Shown piece by piece: positions 1 to 11,900 of a stretch of DNA of 64,000 nucleotides. This stretch comes from the human T2T-CHM13v2.0 reference genome, Homo sapiens. The first letter of the stretch is position 1. Each line of letters starts with the position of its first letter. The position numbers were made by a program, and so were the translations under genes. The DNA lies in NCBI RefSeq assembly GCF_009914755.1, contig NC_060932.1, one strand, 5' to 3'. The notes beneath the pieces are model-generated. The model worked only from the letters and a program-made list of their open reading frames with translations. It was not told the DNA's origin and searched no databases.

Positions 1-437
1 AACAATCTTCTCGTACTATCTGGCAGTGGACATTTTGAGCTCCTTGGGGCCTATGCTGAAAAAGGAAATATCTTCCGACAAAAACTAGACAGAAGCATTC
101 GCAGAATCACGTTTGTGATGTGTGCACTCAACTGTCAGAATTGAACCTTGGTTTGGACAGAGCACTTTTGAAACACTCTTTTTGTACAATCTGCAGGTGG
201 ATATTTGGCTAGCTTTGAGGATTTCGTTGGAAACGGTAATGTCTTCAAAGAAAATCTAGACAGAAGCATTCTCAGAAACAGCGTCGTGATGTTTGCAATC
301 AAGTCACAGAGTTGAACCTTCCGTTTCATAGAGCAGGTTGGAAACACTCTTTTTGTAGTATCTGGAAGTGGACATTTGGAGGGCTTTGTAGCCTATCTGG
401 AAAAAGGAAATATCTTCCCATGAATGCGAGATAGAAG
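1..437 (+). repeat. Partial 7-mer HOR (end of M5, M6, hybrid M7/11)
   Basis: Matches 2550-2986, including the TTGTACAATC and CAGCGTCGTG variants. Confidence 0.9.
222..238 (+). promoter_or_regulatory. Degenerate CENP-B box of M6 (CGGT instead of CGGG; example, fixed in the M6 copies)
   Basis: TTTCGTTGGAAACGGTA alters one of the nine core positions. Confidence 0.85.
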
Positions 438-902
438 TAATCTCAGAAACATGTTTATGCTGTATCTACTCAACTAACTGTGCTGAACATTTCTATTGAT
501 AGAGCAGTTTTGAGACACTCTTCTTTTGGAATCTGCAAGTGGATATTTGGATAGATTTGAGGATTTCGTTGGAAATGGGATTATATATAAAAAGTAGACA
601 GCAGCATTCTCAGAAACTTCTTTGTGATGTTTGCATCCAGCTCTCAGAGTTGAGCATTCCCTTTCATAGAGTAGGTTTGAAACCCTCTTTTTATAGTGTC
701 TGGAAGCGGGCATTTGGAGCGCTTTCAGGCCTATGCTTAAAATAGGAAATATCTACCTACAGAAACTAGACAGAAGCATTCTGAGAATCACGTTTGTGAT
801 GTGGGTACTCAACTAACAGTGTTGATCCATTCTTTTGATACAGCAGTTTTGAACCACACTTTTTGTAGAATCTGCAAGAGGATATTTGGATAGCTGTGAG
901 GA

Positions 903-919
903 TTTCGTTGGAAACGGGA
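903..919 (+). promoter_or_regulatory. Canonical CENP-B box (example; recurs in M1, M3 or M3/6, M4, M8, M10 of each HOR that contains them)
   Basis: TTTCGTTGGAAACGGGA matches the 17-bp CENP-B box with the core NTTCGNNNNANNCGGGN intact. Confidence 0.97.
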
Positions 920-1073
920 ATGTCTTCAAAGAAAATCTAGACAGAAGCATTCTCAGAAACACCTTCGTGATGTTTGCAATCAAGTCACAGAGTTGAACCT
1001 TCCGTTTCATAGAGCAGGTTGGAAACACTCTTATTGTAGTATCTGGAAGTGGACATTTGGAGCGCTTTCAGGC

Positions 1074-1090
1074 CTATGGTGAAAAAGGAA
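1074..1090 (+). promoter_or_regulatory. A-box / pJalpha-type motif of A-type monomers (example in M7)
   Basis: CTATGGTGAAAAAGGAA lies at the same monomer position the CENP-B box occupies in B-type monomers. Confidence 0.8.
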
Positions 1091-1793
1091 ATATCTTCCC
1101 ATAAAAACGACATAGAAGCTATCTCAGGAACTTGTTTATGATGCATCTAATCAACTAACAGTGTTGAACCTTTGTACTGACAGAGCAGTTTGAAACACTC
1201 TTTTTTTGGAATCTGCAAGTGGATATTTGGATCGCTTTGAGGATTTCGTTGGAAACGGGATGCAATATAAAACGTACACAGCAGCATACTCAGAAAATAC
1301 TTTGCCATATTTCCATTCAAGTCACAGAGTGGAACATTCCCATTCATAGAGCAGGTTTGAAACACTCTTTTTGGAGTATCTGGAAGTGGACATTTGGAGC
1401 GCTTTCTGAACTATGGTGAAAAAGGAAATATCTTCCAATGAAAACAACACAGAAGCATTCTGAGAAACTTATTTGTGATGTGTGTCCTCAACAAACGGAC
1501 TTGAACCTTTCGTTTCATGCAGTACTTCTGGAACACTCTTTTTGAAGATTCTGCATGCGGATATTTGGATAGCTTTGAGGATTTCGTTGGAAAAGGGCTT
1601 ACATGTAAAAATTAGACAGCAGCATTCTCAGAAACTTCTTTGTGGTGTCTGCATTCAAGTCACAGAATTGAACTTCCCCTCACATAGAGCAGTTGTGCAG
1701 CACTCTATTTGTAGTATCTCGAAGTGGACATTTGGAGGGCTTTGTAGCCTATCTGGAAAAAGGAAATATCTTCCCATGAATGCGAGATAGAAG

Positions 1794-2986
1794 TAATCTC
1801 AGAAACATGTTTATGCTGTATCTACTCAACTAACTGTGCTGAACATTTCTATTGATAGAGCAGTTTTGAGACACTCTTCTTTTGGAATCTGCAAGTGGAT
1901 ATTTGGATAGATTTGAGGATTTCGTTGGAAACGGGATTATATATAAAAAGTAGACAGCAGCATTCTCAGAAACTTCTTTGTGATGTTTGCATCCAGCTCT
2001 CAGAGTTGAACATTCCCTTTCATAGAGTAGGTTTGAAACCCTCTTTTTATAGTGTCTGGAAGCGGGCATTTGGAGCGCTTTCAGGCCTATGCTGAAAAAG
2101 GAAATATCTACCTATAGAAACTAGACAGAAGCATTCTGAGAATCACGTTTGTGATGTGGGTACTCAACTAACAGTGTTGATCCATTCTTTTGATACAGCA
2201 GTTTTGAACCACACTTTTTGTAGAATCTGCAAGTGGATATTTGGATAGCTGTGAGGATTTCGTTGGAAACGGGAATGTCTTCATAGAAAATTTAGACAGA
2301 AGCATTCTCAGAACCTTGATTGTGATGTGTGTTCTCCACTAACAGAGTTGAACCTTTCTTTTGACAGAACTGTTCTGAAACATTCTTTTTATAGAATCTG
2401 GAAGTGGATATTTGGAAAGCTTTGAGGATTTCGTTGGAAACGGGAATATCTTCAAATAAAATCTAGCCAGAAGCATTCTAAGAAACATCTCAGGGATGTT
2501 TACATTCAAGTCACAGAGTTGAACATTCCCTTTCACAGAGCAGGTTTGAAACAATCTTCTCGTACTATCTGGCAGTGGACATTTTGAGCTCCTTGGGGCC
2601 TATGCTGAAAAAGGAAATATCTTCCGACAAAAACTAGACAGAAGCATTCGCAGAATCACGTTTGTGATGTGTGCACTCAACTGTCAGAATTGAACCTTGG
2701 TTTGGACAGAGCACTTTTGAAACACTCTTTTTGTACAATCTGCAGGTGGATATTTGGCTAGCTTTGAGGATTTCGTTGGAAACGGTAATGTCTTCAAAGA
2801 AAATCTAGACAGAAGCATTCTCAGAAACAGCGTCGTGATGTTTGCAATCAAGTCACAGAGTTGAACCTTCCGTTTCATAGAGCAGGTTGGAAACACTCTT
2901 TTTGTAGTATCTGGAAGTGGACATTTGGAGGGCTTTGTAGCCTATCTGGAAAAAGGAAATATCTTCCCATGAATGCGAGATAGAAG
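1794..2986 (+). repeat. Representative 7-mer HOR, 1193 bp (M1-M6 plus hybrid M7/11)
   Basis: Anchor spacing 1895 to 3088 = 1193 = 167 + 6x171. The last monomer begins like M7 and ends like M11 (GGGCTTTGTAGCC...ATGAATGCGAG). Confidence 0.95.
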
Positions 2987-5900
2987 TAATCTCAGAAACA
3001 TGTTTATGCTGTATCTACTCAACTAACTGTGCTGAACATTTCTATTGATAGAGCAGTTTTGAGACACTCTTCTTTTGGAATCTGCAAGTGGATATTTGGA
3101 TAGATTTGAGGATTTCGTTGGAAATGGGATTATATATAAAAAGTAGACAGCAGCATTCTCAGAAACTTCTTTGTGATGTTTGCATCCAGCTCTCAGAGTT
3201 GAGCATTCCCTTTCATAGAGTAGGTTTGAAACCCTCTTTTTATAGTGTCTGGAAGCGGGCATTTGGAGCGCTTTCAGGCCTATGCTTAAAATAGGAAATA
3301 TCTACCTACAGAAACTAGACAGAAGCATTCTGAGAATCACGTTTGTGATGTGGGTACTCAACTAACAGTGTTGATCCATTCTTTTGATACAGCAGTTTTG
3401 AACCACACTTTTTGTAGAATCTGCAAGAGGATATTTGGATAGCTGTGAGGATTTCGTTGGAAACGGGAATGTCTTCAAAGAAAATCTAGACAGAAGCATT
3501 CTCAGAAACACCTTCGTGATGTTTGCAATCAAGTCACAGAGTTGAACCTTCCGTTTCATAGAGCAGGTTGGAAACACTCTTATTGTAGTATCTGGAAGTG
3601 GACATTTGGAGCGCTTTCAGGCCTATGGTGAAAAAGGAAATATCTTCCCATAAAAACGACATAGAAGCTATCTCAGGAACTTGTTTATGATGCATCTAAT
3701 CAACTAACAGTGTTGAACCTTTGTACTGACAGAGCAGTTTGAAACACTCTTTTTTGGAATCTGCAAGTGGATATTTGGATCGCTTTGAGGATTTCGTTGG
3801 AAACGGGATGCAATATAAAACGTACACAGCAGCATACTCAGAAAGTACTTTGCCATATTTCCATTCAAGTCACAGAGTGGAACATTCCCATTCATAGAGC
3901 AGGTTGGAAACACTCTTTTTGGAGTATCTGGAAGTGGACATTTGGAGCGCTTTCTGAACTATGGTGGAAAAGGAAATATCTTCCAATGAAAACAAGACAG
4001 AAGCATTCTGAGAAACTTATTTGTGATGTGTGTCCTCAACAAACGGACTTGAACCTTTCGTTTCATGCAGTACTTCTGGAACACTCTTTTTGAAGATTCT
4101 GCATGCGGATATTTGGATAGCTTTGAGGATTTCGTTGGAAACGGGCTTACATGTAAAAATTAGACAGCAGCATTCTCTGAAACTTCTTTGTGGTGTCTGC
4201 ATTCAAGTCACAGAATTGAACTTCCCCTCACATAGAGCAGTTGTGCAGCACTCTATTTGTAGTATCTCGAAGTGGACATTTGGAGGGCTTTGTAGCCTAT
4301 CTGGAAAAAGGAAATATCTTCCCATGAATGCGAGATAGAAGTAATCTCAGAAACATGTTTATGCTGTATCTACTCAACTAACTGTGCTGAACATTTCTAT
4401 TGATAGAGCAGTTTTGAGACACTCTTCTTTTGGAATCTGCAAGTGGATATTTGGATAGATTTGAGGATTTCGTTGGAAACGGGATTATATATAAAAAGTA
4501 GACAGCAGCATTCTCAGAAACTTCTTTGTGATGTTTGCATCCAGCTCTCAGAGTTGAACATTCCCTTTCATAGAGTAGGTTTGAAACCCTCTTTTTATAG
4601 TGTCTGGAAGCGGGCATTTGGAGCGCTTTCAGGCCTATGCTGAAAAAGGAAATATCTACCTATAGAAACTAGACAGAAGCATTCTGAGAATCACGTTTGT
4701 GATGTGGGTACTCAACTAACAGTGTTGATCCATTCTTTTGATACAGCAGTTTTGAACCACACTTTTTGTAGAATCTGCAAGTGGATATTTGGATAGCTGT
4801 GAGGATTTCCTTCGAAACGGGAATGTCTTCATAGAAAATTTAGACAGAAGCATTCTCAGAACCTTGATTGTGATGTGTGTTCTCCACTAACAGAGTTGAA
4901 CCTTTCTTTTGACAGAACTGTTCTGAAACATTCTTTTTATAGAATCTGGAAGTGGATATTTGGAAAGCTTTGCGGATTTCGTTGGAAACGGGAATATCTT
5001 CAAATAAAATCTAGCCAGAAGCATTCTAAGAAACATCTTAGGGATGTTTACATTCAAGTCACAGAGTTGAACATTCCCTTTCACGGAGCAGGTTTGAAAC
5101 AATCTTCTCGTACTATCTGGCAGTGGACATTTTGAGCTCTTTGGGGCCTATGCTGAAAAAGGAAATATCTTCCGACAAAAACTAGACAGAAGCATTCGCA
5201 GAATCACGTTTGTGATGTGTGCACTCAACTGTCAGAATTGAACCTTGGTTTGGAGAGAGCACTTTTGAAACACTCTTTTTGTAGAATCTGCAGGTGGATA
5301 TTTGGCTAGCTTTGAGGATTTCGTTGGAAACGGTAATGTCTTCAAAGAAAATCTAGACAGAAGCATTCTCAGAAACACCTTCGTGATGTTTGCAATCAAG
5401 TCACAGAGTTGAACCTTCCGTTTCATAGAGCAGGTTGGAAACACTCTTTTTGTAGTATCTGGAAGTGGACATTTGGAGGGCTTTGTAGCCTATCTGGAAA
5501 AAGGAAATATCTTCCCATGAATGCGAGATAGAAGTAATCTCAGAAACATGTTTATGCTGTATCTACTCAACTAACTGTGCTGAACATTTCTATTGATAGA
5601 GCAGTTTTGAGACACTCTTCTTTTGGAATCTGCAAGTGGATATTTGGATAGATTTGAGGATTTCGTTGGAAACGGGATTATATATAAAAAGTAGACAGCA
5701 GCATTCTCAGAAACTTCTTTGTGATGTTTGCATCCAGCTCTCAGAGTTGAACATTCCCTTTCATAGAGTAGGTTTGAAACCCTCTTTTTATAGTGTCTGG
5801 AAGCGGGCATTTGGAGCGCTTTCAGGCCTATGCTGAAAAAGGAAATATCTACCTATAGAAACTAGACAGAAGCATTCTGAGAATCACGTTTGTGATGTGG

Positions 5901-8900
5901 GTACTCAACTAACAGTGTTGATCCATTCTTTTGATACAGCAGTTTTGAACCACACTTTTTGTAGAATCTGCAAGTGGATATTTGGATAGCTGTGAGGATT
6001 TCGTTGGAAACGGGAATGTCTTCATAGAAAATTTAGACAGAAGCATTCTCAGAACCTTGATTGTGATGTGTGTTCTCCACTAACAGAGTTGAACCTTTCT
6101 TTTGACAGAACTGTTCTGAAACATTCTTTTTATAGAATCTGCAAGTGGATATTTGGAAAGCTTTGAGGATTTCGTTGGAAACGGGAATATCTTCAAATAA
6201 AATCTAGCCAGAAGCATTCTAAGAAACATCTTAGGGATGTTTACATTCAAGTCACAGAGTTGAACATTCCCTTTCACAGAGCAGGTTTGAAACAATCTTC
6301 TCGTACTATCTGGCAGTGGACATTTTGAGCTCCTTGGGGCCTATGCTGAAAAAGGAAATATCTTCCGACAAAAACTAGACAGAAGCATTCGCAGAATCAC
6401 GTTTGTGATGTGTGCACTCAACTGTCAGAATTGAACCTTGGTTTGGACAGAGCACTTTTGAAACACTCTTTTTGTAGAATCTGCAGGTGGATATTTGGCT
6501 AGCTTTGAGGATTTCGTTGGAAACGGTAATGTCTTCAAAGAAAATCTAGACAGAAGCATTCTCAGAAACAACTTCGTGATGTTTGCAATCAAGTCACAGA
6601 GTTAAACCTTCCGTTTCATAGAGCAGGTTGGAAACACTCTTTTTGTAGTATCTGGAAGTGGACATTTGGAGGGCTTTGTAGCCTATCTGGAAAAAGGAAA
6701 TATCTTCCCATGAATGCGAGATAGAAGTAATCTCAGAAACATGTTTATGCTGTATCTACTCAACTAACTGTGCTGAACATTTCTATTGATAGAGCAGTTT
6801 TGAGACACTCTTCTTTTGGAATCTGCAAGTGGATATTTGGATAGATTTGAGGATTTCGTTGGAAACGGGATTATATATAAAAAGTAGACAGCAGCATTCT
6901 CAGAAACTTCTTTGTGATGTTTGCATCCAGCTCTCAGAGTTGAACATTCCCTTTCATAGAGTAGGTTTGAAACCCTCTTTTTATAGTGTCTGGAAGCGGG
7001 CATTTGGAGCGCTTTCAGGCCTATGCTGAAAAAGGAAATATCTACCTATAGAAACTAGACAGAAGCATTCTGAGAATCACGTTTGTGATGTGGGTACTCA
7101 ACTAACAGTGTTGATCCATTCTTTTGATACAGCAGTTTTGAACCACACTTTTTGTAGAATCTGCAAGTGGATATTTGGATAGCTGTGAGGATTTCGTTGG
7201 AAACGGGAATGTCTTCATAGAAAACTTAGACAGAAGCATTCTCAGAACCTTGATTGTGATGTGTGTTCTCCACTAACAGAGTTGAACCTTTCTTTTGACA
7301 GAACTGTTCTGAAACATTCTTTTTATAGAATCTGGAAGTGGATATTTGGAAAGCTTTGAGGATTTCGTTGGAAACGGGAATATCTTCAAATAAAATCTAG
7401 CCAGAAGCATTCTAAGAAACATCTCAGGGATGTTTACATTCAAGTCACAGAGTTGAACATTCCCTTTCACAGAGCAGGTTTGAAACAATCTTCTCGTACT
7501 ATCTGGCAGTGGACATTTTGAGCTCCTTGGGGCCTATGCTGAAAAAGGAAATATCTTCCGACAAAAACTAGACAGAAGCATTCGCAGAATCACGTTTGTG
7601 ATGTGTGCACTCAACTGTCAGAATTGAACCTTGGTTTAGACAGAGCACTTTTGAAACACTCTTTTTGTAGAATCTGCAGGTGGATATTTGGCTAGCTTTG
7701 AGGATTTCGTTGGAAACGGTAATGTCTTCAAAGAAAATCTAGACAGAAGCATTCTCAGAAACAGCGTCGTGATGTTTGCAATCAAGTCACAGAGTTGAAC
7801 CTTCCGTTTCATAGAGCAGGTTGGAAACACTCTTTTTGTAGTATCTGGAAGTGGACATTTGGAGGGCTTTGTAGCCTATCTGGAAAAAGGAAATATCTTC
7901 CCATGAATGCGAGATAGAAGTAATCTCAGAAACATGTTTATGCTGTATCTACTCAACTAACTGTGCTGAACATTTCTATTGATAGAGCAGTTTTGAGACA
8001 CTCTTCTTTTGGAATCTGCAAGTGGATATTTGGATAGATTTGAGGATTTCGTTGGAAATGGGATTATATATAAAAAGTAGACAGCAGCATTCTCAGAAAC
8101 TTCTTTGTGATGTTTGCATCCAGCTCTCAGAGTTGAGCATTCCCTTTCATAGAGTAGGTTTGAAACCCTCTTTTTATAGTGTCTGGAAGCGGGCATTTGG
8201 AGCGCTTTCAGGCCTATGCTTAAAATAGGAAATATCTACATACAGAAACTAGACAGAAGCATTCTGAGAATCACGTTTGTGATGTGGGTACTCAACTAAC
8301 AGTGTTGATCCATTCTTTTGATACAGCAGTTTTGAACCACACTTTTTGTAGAATCTGCAAGAGGATATTTGGATAGCTGTGAGGATTTCGTTGGAAACGG
8401 GAATGTCTTCAAAGAAAATCTAGACAGAAGCATTCTCAGAAACACCTTCGTGATGTTTGCAATCAAGTCACAGAGTTGAACCTTCCGTTTCATAGAGCAG
8501 GTTGGAAACACTCTTATTGTAGTATCTGGAAGTGGACATTTGGAGCGCTTTCAGGCCTATGGTGAAAAAGGAAATATCTTCCCATAAAAACGACATAGAA
8601 GCTATCTCAGGAACTTGTTTATGATGCATCTAATCAACTAACAGTGTTGAACCTTTGTACTGACAGAGCAGTTTGAAACACTCTTTTTTGGAATCTGCAA
8701 GTGGATATTTGGATCGCTTTGAGGATTTCGTTGGAAACGGGATGCAATATAAAACGTACACAGCAGCATACTCAGAAAGTACTTTGCCATATTTCCATTC
8801 AAGTCACAGAGTGGAACATTCCCATTCATAGAGCAGGTTGGAAACACTCTTTTTGGAGTATCTGGAAGTGGACATTTGGAGCGCTTTCTGAACTATGGTG

Positions 8901-11900
8901 GAAAAGGAAATATCTTCCAATGAAAACAAGACAGAAGCATTCTGAGAAACTTATTTGTGATGTGTGTCCTCAACAAACGGACTTGAACCTTTCGTTTCAT
9001 GCAGTACTTCTGGAACACTCTTTTTGAAGATTCTGCATGCGGATATTTGGATAGCTTTGAGGATTTCGTTGGAAACGGGCTTACATGTAAAAATTAGACA
9101 GCAGCATTCTCAGAAACTTCTTTGTGGTGTCTGCATTCAAGTCACAGAATTGAACTTCCCCTCACATAGAGCAGTTGTGCAGCACTCTATTTGTAGTATC
9201 TCGAAGTGGACATTTGGAGGGCTTTGTAGCCTATCTGGAAAAAGGAAATATCTTCCCATGAATGCGAGATAGAAGTAATCTCAGAAACATGTTTATGCTG
9301 TATCTACTCAACTAACTGTGCTGAACATTTCTATTGATAGAGCAGTTTTGAGACACTCTTCTTTTGGAATCTGCAAGTGGATATTTGGATAGATTTGAGG
9401 ATTTCGTTGGAAACGGGATTATATATCAAAAGTAGACAGCAGCATTCTCAGAAACTTCTTTGTGATGTTTGCATCCAGCTCTCAGAGTTGAACATTCCCT
9501 TTCATAGAGTAGGTTTGAAACCCTCTTTTTATAGTGTCTGGAAGCGGGCATTTGGAGCGCTTTCAGGCCTATGCTGAAAAAGGAAATATCTACCTATAGA
9601 AACTAGACAGAAGCATTCTGAGAATCACGTTTGTGATGTGGGTACTCAACTAACAGTGTTGATCCATTCTTTTGATACAGCAGTTTTGAACCACACTTTT
9701 TGTAGAATCTGCAAGTGGATATTTGGATAGCTGTGAGGATTTCCTTCGAAACGGGAATGTCTTCATAGAAAATTTAGACAGAAGCATTCTCAGAACCTTG
9801 ATTGTGATGTGTGTTCTCCACTAACAGAGTTGAACCTTTCTTTTGACAGAACTGTTCTGAAACATTCTTTTTATAGAATCTGGAAGTGGATATTTGGAAA
9901 GCTTTGCGGATTTCGTTGGAAACGGGAATATCTTCAAATAAAATCTAGCCAGAAGCATTCTAAGAAACATCTTAGGGATGTTTACATTCAAGTCACAGAG
10001 TTGAACATTCCCTTTCACGGAGCAGGTTTGAAACAATCTTCTCGTACTATCTGGCAGTGGACATTTTGAGCTCTTTGGGGCCTATGCTGAAAAAGGAAAT
10101 ATCTTCCGACAAAAACTAGACAGAAGCATTCGCAGAATCACGTTTGTGATGTGTGCACTCAACTGTCAGAATTGAACCTTGGTTTGGAGAGAGCACTTTT
10201 GAAACACTCTTTTTGTAGAATCTGCAGGTGGATATTTGGCTAGCTTTGAGGATTTCGTTGGAAACGGTAATGTCTTCAAAGAAAATCTAGACAGAAGCAT
10301 TCTCAGAAACACCTTCGTGATGTTTGCAATCAAGTCACAGAGTTGAACCTTCCGTTTCATAGAGCAGGTTGGAAACACTCTTTTTGTAGTATCTGGAAGT
10401 GGACATTTGGAGGGCTTTGTAGCCTATCTGGAAAAAGGAAATATCTTCCCATGAATGCGAGATAGAAGTAATCTCAGAAACATGTTTATGCTGTATCTAC
10501 TCAACTAACTGTGCTGAACATTTCTATTGATAGAGCAGTTTTGAGACACTCTTCTTTTGGAATCTGCAAGTGGATATTTGGATAGATTTGAGGATTTCGT
10601 TGGAAACGGGATTATATATAAAAAGTAGACAGCAGCATTCTCAGAAACTTCTTTGTGATGTTTGCATCCAGCTCTCAGAGTTGAACATTCCCTTTCATAG
10701 AGTAGGTTTGAAACCCTCTTTTTATAGTGTCTGGAAGCGGGCATTTGGAGCGCTTTCAGGCCTATGCTGAAAAAGGAAATATCTACCTATAGAAACTAGA
10801 CAGAAGCATTCTGAGAATCACGTTTGTGATGTGGGTACTCAACTAACAGTGTTGATCCATTCTTTTGATACAGCAGTTTTGAACCACACTTTTTGTAGAA
10901 TCTGCAAGTGGATATTTGGATAGCTGTGAGGATTTCGTTGGAAACGGGAATGTCTTCATAGAAAATTTAGACAGAAGCATTCTCAGAACCTTGATTGTGA
11001 TGTGTGTTCTCCACTAACAGAGTTGAACCTTTCTTTTGACAGAACTGTTCTGAAACATTCTTTTTATAGAATCTGCAAGTGGATATTTGGAAAGCTTTGA
11101 GGATTTCGTTGGAAACGGGAATATCTTCAAATAAAATCTAGCCAGAAGCATTCTAAGAAACATCTTAGGGATGTTTACATTCAAGTCACAGAGTTGAACA
11201 TTCCCTTTCACAGAGCAGGTTTGAAACAATCTTCTCGTACTATCTGGCAGTGGACATTTTGAGCTCCTTGGGGCCTATGCTGAAAAAGGAAATATCTTCC
11301 GACAAAAACTAGACAGAAGCATTCGCAGAATCACGTTTGTGATGTGTGCACTCAACTGTCAGAATTGAACCTTGGTTTGGACAGAGCACTTTTGAAACAC
11401 TCTTTTTGTAGAATCTGCAGGTGGATATTTGGCTAGCTTTGAGGATTTCGTTGGAAACGGTAATGTCTTCAAAGAAAATCTAGACAGAAGCATTCTCAGA
11501 AACAACTTCGTGATGTTTGCAATCAAGTCACAGAGTTAAACCTTCCGTTTCATAGAGCAGGTTGGAAACACTCTTTTTGTAGTATCTGGAAGTGGACATT
11601 TGGAGGGCTTTGTAGCCTATCTGGAAAAAGGAAATATCTTCCCATGAATGCGAGATAGAAGTAATCTCAGAAACATGTTTATGCTGTATCTACTCAACTA
11701 ACTGTGCTGAACATTTCTATTGATAGAGCAGTTTTGAGACACTCTTCTTTTGGAATCTGCAAGTGGATATTTGGATAGATTTGAGGATTTCGTTGGAAAC
11801 GGGATTATATATAAAAAGTAGACAGCAGCATTCTCAGAAACTTCTTTGTGATGTTTGCATCCAGCTCTCAGAGTTGAACATTCCCTTTCATAGAGTAGGT

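Larger units (their letters stand above)
438..1793 (+). repeat. Representative 8-mer HOR, 1356 bp (monomer starts 438, 605, 777, 948, 1119, 1285, 1456, 1623; lengths 167, 172, 171, 171, 166, 171, 167, 171)
   Basis: Monomer starts read directly from the sequence; lengths sum to 1356, the anchor spacing 539 to 1895. Confidence 0.95.

Noticed and set aside
580-593. TATA-like TATATATAAAAA in M1 as a promoter
   Set aside because: It is a fixed part of every M1 monomer with no downstream gene; nothing in the sequence supports promoter function.
3767-4093. Longer 108-aa ORF in four 8-mers
   Set aside because: It arises from a single TGA>TGG variant inherited by one 8-mer lineage (units 2987, 7921, 21340, 36464); a lineage marker, not coding evidence.
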